From assembly GCF_035594765.1 (NCBI RefSeq), contig NC_085844.1, positions 176,654,107 through 176,718,106 on the forward strand: a stretch of 64,000 bases of DNA, given 5' to 3'. The notes beneath the pieces are model-generated. The model worked only from the letters and a program-made list of their open reading frames with translations, did not search any database and was not told the DNA's origin. This DNA is from Anolis carolinensis (lineage: Eukaryota). Every line of letters begins with the position of its first letter. The first letter of the stretch is position 1. Shown here in pieces: positions 52,401-62,579 of the stretch. A program made the position numbers and the translations under genes.

Positions 52401-54368
52401 CTGGGGCCTCTCTGGAGACTGACTGGGAGCAAATCACGTCTCAACAATGTCTTCTCATGTGATTCAATTCTACCTCAGGTTCCTGCAATCCAAAATGGGA
52501 CTGCTTGTTTATTCTTTGCGAATTGAACATATGACTCTTATAGTACATTGGTTTAGGATCCAATTTTACATTTAATTCCCATTCACAAATCACTCTCCTT
52601 TGGAACTTACCAATGTACTGTTTTTGAATGTGAAAATCAAAACCAAAAATAGCTTCTTTACCTTCCTGCCTGTCTGTCTGTCTCTTCTGGTCTTTCCTTG
52701 TCATCTTCCTTTATCGCTGCTGTCCTTTCCATCTTTTATACAAGTCTCAATTCCTTAGACAAGATACACTTCTAATCCCTGTCTTCATTCTATCCACTAA
52801 TGTGATTGAGTTTAGACTTAAGAACTGTAGATTATCTTCATAAATATAAGGGCTGCAAAGTAAATGTTAATAGGAGATGAAAAGTAACAATCTACACACT
52901 ACCTGTAGCATGACAAATATATTAGAAAAATTTCCAGCTTATATTCTGAAAATTCTTCTTAGTATATCTTAGTATAGTGCTGTGCTCCACAAAAGTCAGA
53001 ATGACAACAAAAATGCTTGGGGAAGTATAAAACCAAATAGTGCCTGTACTGTAAATGTCCTCTACCTTTACAAAATATTTAAAAGGAAACAGAATTAAAG
53101 CAAATGTAATCTTGGTGAAGGAACAAGAGAAAATGGGTGCCTTGTTTGAAAGTCACTCAGAGATACCAATTCATAGATCAAGATGTGTGTTCTGTCTCAT
53201 CTATGGAATACAAGCTATGACAGAAGACAAAGAGCTTCCCTCTTGTGAACACTATGAAGCACTTGTTCCTCATACTCCTCTCTGAACACACTTCTCCATA
53301 TCAAAATCAGCTAGGTTAGTTTACCTGCTCTTGCTTGCCTATCATATTTCCCATCTTCAATTGAACAAATAAATATCTTGCAACATTTGTGCTTCAGGCA
53401 ATGAAGCTCCATTTGCCTATCATCCTCCCAACCTTAACTTAAGACAAAATTTTGCAACACTTATGCTACTTCCATGTAATATCAAATGAGATAAAAGGAG
53501 AGAACAACAGAATCATGTCCCATCTATATGACAACCATTCACACACTTTCTTGTTCAATATTCTGAAGGATCTGGCTCATCTTCATTGGGGGGGGGGGGA
53601 TTAAATGTATAATAACACCAAGTGTGCATAAGTACATATACTCTCCTGGATATTTTTATAGGCACCAGCAGAATACATGCTACAGGGAAACTTTTTTGAG
53701 GACTGAATTAACATTTAAAATTGATTAAACTAAATGCTGTAAACCTTTGCTTGCTTGCTTTTCTTCTCTTTATTCACTTTCTCCTATTTGATTTGCTGAC
53801 TCCCTTCCTTGGTTGCCCTTGTCTTCTGCTGGTTGCACATTTCATGTTCTGGTTCTTTGGCAAAATATTTTTTTAAAAACACATTTCTTTTCTTAAGAGC
53901 TGAAGCATGCCTCCTTGTCTCTCTCTCTCTCATCTTGGCTGTCTTTTTAGAGGCAATTTTACTGCTGGGACTAAGCTGGATTTTCTGAAGTCTGGTGCTT
54001 GAATACTCTGTAACAGATGTACATTTATTTTGAATCAGTCACTGGTTGTAACAATCATTATTTTCCTTAAATACATAGTTTCCTTATCACAAATGTATAG
54101 TCTTTTTATTGCAACAATATATTTTCCTTTACATTAATGTTCCTGAACGATTTTACCATTTAAGAGAATAAGCAGGGCTATAACAGGCTCCATATTGTAG
54201 GACATACCACTGGCCCATGCAGTATAGTAATGTTTGCTCCAAAGGAGGCTTTGGTCTGAACTGTGGGAATTTTGGAATAAGCACACTAGTGCCACATGCC
54301 AACAAGTGGATAGAGCTATGCGTCTATGCCCTGACATCCACTCTCTCCCACATGCTCATATGTTCTCG

Positions 54369-54407
<39 letters not shown>

Positions 54408-57400
54408 ACACACACACACCCTTCTGCAGCCAGGCTCTCAAATAAACCATTAGCACCAATGGATGGTTTTAAAAGGCTCACTTCAGTGTAGGAGAGGCAG
54501 CTTTCTGAGTGTTAGTATAGTAGTGTGGATGGCTACCCATTCTTCCACAAATGCAACTGTTCTGCCAAAAAAAAACATGTTAAAACTACAGTTTTTAAAG
54601 CCTCAACTGTCATCAATGTGGAATTTAAATGCCAGATTTCTTTAGGATGAAGGAGTGGAAATCCTTTATCTCCTGTCCCCAAACAGACATCAAATCAGAA
54701 AGAAGCTGTAAAAATAGATAGAGGCTTCCAGTGAGATGGCTTATGAGTTTGTGGCCCCTTAGTTAAGGTGTATCTATAATGTAAAATTAATGCAGTCTGA
54801 CACAACTTTAACAGCTATGCTGTGGAATAATGGGAATTGTCATTTTACAAGGTATTTAGTTTTCTCTGCCAGAGTTCTGGTACTTCACCAAACTACAAAT
54901 TCTAGGATTCTACAGCACTGAGACATGACAGTTAAAGTGCTACCAAACTGCAGTGATTCTACAGTATAGATATACCACAAGTCAAATCCGATTAGCAACA
55001 TTTCTATCATACCCCAGGTGAAGTTCGTTCTTGCAAAGTGCCTAAATTTCTTTAATACAGGACAGTAGAAACAAATTGTCTGCATGTAATGAGTGTATAT
55101 GCTCTACTATCTTTTCTCTTAGGTTATGTAAACAAACACACACAGCTTATCTTTAGAACAAACATGAAATTTAGTGACTACAGCTTTAATTAGTGACATG
55201 CAGGAGTGACTGGACTATTGAGCATCCAATTTTCATGTCACCCAACATTTCCTTAAAACATAGGGGGTTTGAGCCCAATTTAAATAAACTTAGAACCAAT
55301 CTGCTGAAAACCGTGGGACATGTTCAAGAAGTCTTCTCTTAGTTCAGATCGAAGCCAATTCTTAGTTCAGTAGAGTCTCACTTATCCAACATAAACGGGC
55401 CAGCAGAACCTTGGATAAGCAAATATGTTGGATAATAAGGAGAGATTAAGAAAAAGCCTATTAAACATCAAAATAGGTTATGATTTTACAAATTAAGCAC
55501 CAAAACATCATGTCATACAACAAATTTGACAGAAGTTCATTACACATTAATGCTGTGTAGTAATTACTGTATTTACGAATTTAGCACTAAAATATCACAA
55601 TGCATCAAAAATATTGACTACAAAAATGCGTTGGATAATCCAGAATGTTGGATAAGTGAGACTCTACTGTAGTTATGTCAATTCACACAAGATATATAAG
55701 AGTGAATAAACCAGCCTACATTCTTTTGGCAGCAATAAGAGTATAATCTGACTTTAAACTAGATCACAGTGATTTCTAACTCAGCAATTTGGAGAACAGA
55801 AATCAAGAAAATAAGTTTCACAATGAGTTTCCTACCTGAAATATAACTAGTATGTTTGTTTTGCTTGTCCTGTGAAATCAACTGCTCATGTAATTCTCGG
55901 CCAATTCCTTTCTCAAATTTGGCAGCAAGTTCTTCAGTTTTCCTTTATATAAAAAAGAGAAAAAGAAATTTAGTTAAGCTGCTGTGCCTCTTCCTGAGAG
56001 GTAAAGTATCTTGATAAATACCAAATGACAACTAATCCATAGAAATCCTGTGTGATTTTCCCTTCTCCACCCTAAATCTTCTCAAATAAGTGATATGTGT
56101 AATTAGGCAAGAATATTTGGGATGCAGCACTAGAGACCTTAGCTTTCTGTGCTAGAGCACAGAAGTTGTTGTCAACATTGTGAATTAGATCCTTGGTTTC
56201 CTCTTTGTTCTTACCTGAATTGGTCATCATCTAGAAGAGGTCTTTGTGCATTCAAGTATCTTCTAATTGTATCTTCAAGTTTTGGAATTGGCAAACTAAT
56301 AAGGGAGAGAGAATTAAAACAATCTAAAAATGATGTTAAGCATTCTACTAAGCACATAAGAAAACACTTGCTCATTCAAGATTAGACTACTGAGCAATTT
56401 ATAGCTGAAATATAGGTTTAAAAGGGATTCTAAGATGATTATTATTATTTTGTTCATTTACATACTGCCATTATCCTGATAATGGGACTCAAGGCTGTTC
56501 ACAACATATTAAAAACAAAGCAACTTTAAAAATGTATAAACATGAGAATAAAGTATAAATGTAAGATTTAAAAGTTTGTAAACTAAATAATAACAAATTA
56601 TTAAAATGTGTTAAAACTCCATGAAACCCCTTAAAAATCTTCAAAACAGCACCAGACACCATCAACAGCCCAACATTTATCAATTTGTAAAGGCCTGGTG
56701 GGACAGAAATGCTCAAGGACCTCAGCATCCACAACTCTACCATGCTTCTGTAGGCAGAGTAAAAGTAAATGAGGAGGATAGTCCTTCCACTACATTCATT
56801 GCCATTACAAGTAATCGAAGGGAAAGTGTGTATTTCCCCCATGTCATGAGACCCATGAACCAAACTGGATTCAAAAGGTATCCTTATCTATCCATACCAA
56901 ACCCTTCTAAGCCATCCTCTCTTCATTTGTCCTGACACAATAGAAATATATGCAGAATTTCGACAATGAGTCTGATCTCCTCTTTCAAAGTCAGAGCCAT
57001 AGAGCTGTAAATTACGTAAGTTATAGGACGTTTCCATCAATTCAAGTCACAGTTCATGATGGACAATAGATCTTATTAGCTAAAGAGCAAACTTATCCTC
57101 TGAGCCTCAGTTCTTTTGTAGACAAAACAATATCATTCATACATAAGGAGGGGCAATTTGGGGGACAGATTTTGAAGATGAATACCAAAACTTTAGTAGC
57201 ATGTTTGGCTGGTCTCAATATGGAACAGGAGTATCCTATGCTGCAATATTTGTTGACACTCCCATGCAAGCTCATGCTGGGAAAAAGATAGGTTATAAAC
57301 TAAATAAATAAATATGTAAACTACATCAGGTTTTTGCCATCTTTGCTATCAGTTTTCTTGCTTGGAGATGGTTCATCTTGAAAGAAATACTGGAAAAAAT

Positions 57401-59718
57401 ATATTGAGAATAGGTCAAAGAAAGGTATATTTATACTGTCTGTTTTATGGGTATTTAGGAAAAATCCTCCTCGGGTAGCAGTGCCAGGAGGGAAAACAGA
57501 CAGCCATAGTGACTTAGGTTACATCTACATTGAAGAATTAATGCTGTTTGACACCACTTTAACTGTCATGAATCAAAGCCATATAATCCTGGGAGTTGTA
57601 GTTTGGTGAGACACCAACACTAATTGCCAGAGAAAGTTAAAGGCCTTGTAAAACTACAACTCCTTGGATTCCATAGCATTGAGCCTTGGGAGCTTAAGAG
57701 ATGCCAAACTGCATTAATTCTACTGTGTAAATGCACCCTAAGAAAGCAGAAAGGCTGTAGAATAGGTTGCTTGGAGCCAACAGATTTTGCTTGCCTTCCC
57801 TTGTCACTGTTGAATAAATCTGAAGAAAGGAAAATCACTTGTGTAGTGAACCAAAAGAATTATGGTGCCAGTGTTTAACTATAATCTTCACAGTATGATC
57901 CTAAGTATGATTATTTATTAAGAATTAAGCATCAATTAACAACATGTAAGGTAAAAAATCCAAAATAATTTCACTTCCTCTGGTCTTCTGCTTTTGGGAC
58001 TCATTTTTAAGGAGGTAAAAGGGCACATATTTAATTAATGTAAATGTATATGCGATAGCAATCACAGAAATCATGTCCTCCTCTTAGCACTAACCTTTCA
58101 CCCACATACAATACATGGTTGAAGGCTTTCACTAATAGCTGCAACTCAGATTGTTCTCTCACTCTCATACTAAACTCCTAATACATTTCTCATCGTGGTA
58201 CTGTATATTTTGAAAGAGGTGTTTCCTTTTTCACTGTCTGCTCTAGGAAACATAATATCCACAAAACACTGATGCAGTACTGGCCCTGATTGTTTCTTGT
58301 CTGGAATTACCCTGTCTTCTGGGTGTTGTTCTTTATTTACTGATTTTCAAGAGAAGCCATTGAAATCCACAAGCATCTGGGCAATTTCAACAGAAAGGAG
58401 GAAACCACGAAAATGAACAAAATCTGGCTACCAGTATTAAAAAAAACTTTAAAATCAGGACAGTAAATAAAAGAACAACACTCAGAAAAACAGGAGAATT
58501 TAAGACATGAAACTAGCAGGGCCAACTAACACCTCCCAACAAAGGATTCCTCCCAGGCAGGAAGCAGCCAGGCTTTGAAAATGCAAGGCTATTCAATGCT
58601 AATCAAGCTGGTCAGTTGCACCATTCACACTTGTCTCCAACAGACAGGTTATTTGTCCCACCCTGGACCTTACACAAATATATAAACCCCACTTGCCTAG
58701 TTTTCCAACAGACCCCACAACCTCTGAGGATGCCTGCCATAGATGTGGGTGAAACGTAAGGAGGGAATGTTTCTGGAACATGGCCATACAGTCTGGAAAA
58801 CTCACAGCAACCCACTGTTCCTGGTTTCAAGGTGTTATTTCCTGTCTAATTGTGCAGTTCTTTGAGGGTAGTCATTACACTCCAGAAACTTTGTTTTTGT
58901 GGCTCCACAAACTATGTTTAATTGGTTGAGACTCTATTCATTGAAAAACTATAGCAAAATGTGCTGCAGGATGTCCCGCAAAAATGAAGTTGTTTCAGTT
59001 TAATAAACTTTTCCCACGTTTTAATGAGAGAAACAATTAGAAAATGACAGTTATAACCCAGGAACAAAAATCATGTTATATAGTGATGTATATATATACT
59101 GTATGTATATGTGTGTGTGTGTGTCACTTTAATACATGACAACATTATAATGAAAAAAAGAGTCACACTTCTCTCCCATAGTATATTAATTCCCACTTTG
59201 TTGTTACACTTACCGCAGTGCCAAGTTGGAGGCTGCAATTAATTAAAATTACGGCAGTGCAACACTGTACATTTAGCACGAGAAACAATCCATTCCTACT
59301 AATGAATGAGTGTGCTTCTTGGGGTACATCCACACTGTGGAATGAATGAGGTTTGACACCGCTTGGAACTGCCACGGCTCAGGGCAATGGAATCCATAGG
59401 AGCTGTACTTTGACAAGGTCTTCTGACTTCTCCGCCAAGGAGGGCTGGTGACTCAGGACAGCTGCATTGATTCTGAGTCGTGGCAGTCCCAAGAGGTGTG
59501 AACCCCCGGTGTCGATGCTTCCTCCAAGGGAGCCCGGCGTGACCTTACCGGGGCAGGCTCTTTTGGTAATGCAAGGTGGGGACGAGGCTGCGGTGCAAGT
59601 GCTGGGGAAAGGATGTCTCCTGGCCGTAGTGCCTCCGCCGGGGCCCCGAGAGGAGAGGCGGGAGGCGGGCGGCGGGGGCTCCGCGGAAGGGCGAGGAGGA
59701 CAGGCCCAGCAGCGCCAT
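49422..59718 (-). CDS. CPT2: Carnitine O-palmitoyltransferase 2, mitochondrial, 664 aa; exons (minus strand) 59718-59549, 56295-56215, 55942-55836, 52153-50849, 49753-49422
   Basis: Exons of 170+81+107+1305+332 = 1995 nt, all GT-AG. Arg/Ser/Leu-rich presequence [19 protein letters not shown]..., followed by the motifs [17 protein letters not shown], catalytic [34 protein letters not shown] and LSTSTL. Confidence 0.97.
54373..54418. repeat. (CT)n-(CA)n compound microsatellite
   Basis: Seen directly. Confidence 0.9.
54765..54976. mobile_element. PIF/Harbinger-like MITE, same family
   Basis: aggtgtatctataatgtaaaattaatgcag...acagtatagatatacc. Confidence 0.65.
55368..55669. mobile_element. Tc1/mariner-pogo MITE, same family
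   Basis: TIR CAGTAGAGTCTCACTTATCCAAC at both ends, body similar to 35963-36301. Confidence 0.9.
57516..57738. mobile_element. PIF/Harbinger-like MITE, same family
   Basis: aggttacatctacattgaagaattaatgc...gtgtaaatgcaccct, with TTA/TAA flanks. Confidence 0.7.
58281..58814 (+). mobile_element. Penelope-like 3' fragment with an inverted 5' segment (CPT2 intron 1)
   Basis: 58350-58814 is highly similar to 37885-38350. 58281-58342 is the reverse complement of about 37995-38055. Confidence 0.85.
58721..58761 (+). ncRNA. Minimal (Penelope-type) hammerhead ribozyme motif, catalytic core intact
   Basis: CCT-CTGAGGA-T-GCCTGC(CATAGAT)GTGGGT-GAAA-CG-TA-AGG: CUGANGA and GAAA core, 6-bp stem II, palindromic ACGT stem III, GUA cleavage triplet, CCT/AGG stem I. 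Lies in the terminal region of a Penelope copy. Confidence 0.75.
58815..59085. mobile_element. Non-autonomous DNA transposon, possibly Chapaev-like
   Basis: Imperfect inverted arms gttcctggtttcaaggtgttatttcc / aaaatgacagttataacccaggaac, ending in AGTG. The family assignment is tentative. Confidence 0.45.
59321..59520. mobile_element. PIF/Harbinger-like MITE abutting the CPT2 exon 1 donor
   Basis: ggggtacatccacactgtggaatgaatgaggtttgacacc... The right arm is degraded and GC-rich. Confidence 0.6.
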
Positions 59719-60300
59719 GACAGGAGGAGCAGGAGAGCAAGAGGAGGCCGCCCTTGGGAGGAGTTTGCTCTGAGAGGAGGATGGACCAGGAAGAGGAGGC
59801 CTCTGTGCGGCGCTTCAGAGCGAACCTGCAAGGCGTGGGCAGACTTCGGCCCTTCAGGCGTTTTGGACTTCAACTCCCAGAATTCCTAACAACCTCAGGC
59901 CTTAAGCGGCTGAGGGGGAAATGGAAAAGGCCTGAGGTTGTTAGGAATTCTGGGAGTTGAAGTCCAAAACACCTGAAGGGCCGAAGTCCGCTTATGCCTG
60001 GTTGGCCACAGAAAAAGGCCTGCAATGTCCATGGAAATAAATGACAGCTCTATTGTCCAATCATTACCGACCAATCTCAGCGCGTGTCGGGCAAAAGGGA
60101 TTCGAGTGACCAATCAGCACAGCCCTTCCATAGCCCGCCCCCTCGACACAATGGACGGGACTTCTATTCTGCCTGTAGAGGACGCAGTTCTCCCTCAAAT
60201 ATAAAACCAGCCGAAGACTGGAAAACTATATAACTCACAATCCATCAGGCCTCGACGCAGGCGCATAAATTTGCTGTTGTTTTTACTGTGTGGCGGGATC
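59500..60300 (-). promoter_or_regulatory. CPT2 CpG island and promoter
   Basis: GC/CpG-rich over exon 1. CCAAT boxes at 60057, 60071 and 60110, and GC box CCCGCCCC at 60134-60141. Confidence 0.7.
59830..60000. mobile_element. Palindromic hAT-type MITE directly upstream of the CPT2 ATG
   Basis: 61-bp inverted arms (59842-59902 and 59928-59988) with one mismatch. Related to the copies at 27948-28082 and 35345-35475. Confidence 0.85.
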
Positions 60301-60829
60301 TAAGACGAAGAAGAATAGGAAGAGGAGGGATGAGTACTGTGGAGTGAAAGGAAGGTGCATTGTGGCCTCATCTACACTGACCATTTAATGCAAGTCCTTT
60401 CCACAGAGCTATATAATCCAGAATATCCCACAATACCTGCTTTGAATTGGGTTATTTGAGTCCACACTGCCATATGTTCCAGTTCAAAGCAGAAAAGGTG
60501 GGATTTTATTCAGCTGTGTGGAAGGGGCCCCAGTTTCAAATTGGTTCTGCAAATGATTCCATAGGATATCTGGAACCGGTTTGTGGCCCAGATGGTGTTT
60601 ACACAAACCCTTAAAACACATTAAGGGTTTTATTTTGCATGCTTTTGTGGGATTTTGTGGCTTCAAACTGCATAAAATGGTCAGTATAGCTGGGGCCAAG
60701 TATGGGACCTCCACTGTATTGTCTCTCGCAGTCAATTGCTGAGAAAGAAGAATGAAAATGTGTGCCTTTCTGTGTGCATTTGTGTTTTTGGTTCCCTTCT
60801 CTGTAAGTTTCCCAGACTGTTAGCTGGGG

Positions 60830-61660
60830 TCCACAGTTGACTGTAGAGACCTACTTTTAATTCGCATGTTTTTTCGTGGGGAGGACACCGATTTCCAGAT
60901 GGAAGACAGTGCTATCAAGAGTTGGGTTGACGAGCCTTCCTCCTGACACATTTCTCCCATTCGCCCACTATTCATACCTCCTCAAAATCTGTAACACTGT
61001 TGGTAACAGCTAACTTCCAGTTAAAAGCTCAAAATGCCAGAACTTCCCAGTTCTCCATGTCTATGCTACATTTTTAAAGTTTAACTTTAAGCCCATCTTT
61101 AAATCTGGGGAGACAGTGATCAGCCATTCGGACAATGTGGTCAGTCCAGCTAAGTTGATGCCAGAGAATTATCGCTTTAGGTCTGATGGTCTTTGCTTCT
61201 TCCAGAACACTGGTCTTTGTCCACCCATCTTTCCGAGAGATTTGCAGGATTTTTCGGATACAACACTAATGGAGGCATTCCAGAAGTTGGGTGTGATGTC
61301 TGTAGATGGTCCATGTTTCACAAGCGTAAAACAGGGATGGGAGAACAATAGCTTTATGAACAAGCATCTTAGTATCCCTATGAATGTCCTGATCCTCAAA
61401 CACTCTCTGCTTTACTCGAAACAATGTTGAGCTCACAGAGCTCAGACAGTGTTGTATTTCAGCGTCAATGTCTGAGGTGGCTACCAAGGTAGCGGAAATG
61501 GTCACAATTTTCTAGTGTTACACCATTAAGCTTTATTTCTGACATTGCAGAGGGGTTGGTTGATGTCTGATGGTACAGCACTTTGGTTTTTTCAATGTTC
61601 TGTGAGGCCAGGCTTTTCACATGCTTCTGCAAAACGTGTTTAAGGTGGCTTTGAATGGAC
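60830..61660 (-). mobile_element. RTE-clade LINE fragment
   Basis: ORF-track fragments FRYLGSHL and RVFEDQDIHRDTKMLVHKAIVLPSLFYACETWT. Same family as 37008-39072. Confidence 0.85.
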
Positions 61661-61839
61661 ACAGACTATATTATCATCTCTAACAGAAGTTGTTATGTCC
61701 TTTTGGCTTTCAATTTGCTAAGATTAAAGAGCTTTCCATGTTTCCAATATGTGATTTCCACACTGGTGGGAAGCTTCCCATCAACAAGGTGTGGAATTAT
61801 AACTATGAAGATGGAAAATAAGGATGGGATAATAATGCA

Positions 61840-62035
61840 AAGGCCTTCAAATTGCCTGTTGACTTATCCTGACCCTATACATTTCAGAGGCTTTTCTTAT
61901 GCAATGAATCCTCAGGTGATTTTACCAGTTCCTTCCTCTGAAATACAGTCTACAGTACCTCATATTGGTTGGTGGTCTCCCATCCAAGTATTGACTGGAG
62001 GTGATCCTGCATATTACCTAAGATCAGATACTATG
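61840..62035 (-). mobile_element. 5S rRNA-derived SINE (SINE3-type) with an RTE/BovB-like tail
   Basis: The reverse complement tctgatctt...tacttggatgggagaccacc...tactgtagact resembles the 3' two-thirds of 5S rRNA (box C TGGATGGGAG), followed by a non-rRNA body. Related body fragments lie at about 4390-4505 and 29035-29122. Confidence 0.65.
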
Positions 62036-62579
62036 TCTACACATTTTCTCTTTATACCAATAGTAAAGGTGCTTAAAGAAATGCAATCTTTCACCTAATT
62101 TGCCCTCTTGTGATAACCTAAGTGCTACTCACCCAGCCCGCGAATAGGAAACACAGTGTCTCCTTAGGCTTTCCTCTTCTTATCGTTTGCTTTAATTTTT
62201 TGATTTATTTCTAAGAGTGGAACAATCAGTAAGTGATATTCATTTGTTTCTCGTGTTGGGTGTTGCCTCGCTTTGAGATCACTCTTGTTTCAAAAATACG
62301 ACACTGCTCTGTTCTAATTTTCCAGAGTCCCTAATCTGCTTCCAGGTTCTTATTGATGTAGTCACTAATAGGATTGTTGGTATTAATTTGGAAATAATGC
62401 CAGCTACATGCTTGGTGGCTATTGGCAGAGGAGGTGACCTTGCAGGTCACCTAAGCAGCACTAGAAATGCTTTGATCTAATCTATAGCAATCCAGAGACA
62501 GCTATTCTAACAAGAGCGGCTGGTGAGGTCTCTCTGTGTATGGGATGCTGATTTGCTTCCAGAGATCACCGGGGAAAGC

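Noticed and set aside
59379-59960. Long ORFs on both strands over CPT2 exon 1
   Set aside because: CpG-island artefacts. The true frame starts at ATG 59718 on the minus strand and is not among them.
61930-62035. 5S rRNA gene
   Set aside because: Diverged, 5'-incomplete and fused to a SINE body, so treated as a SINE.
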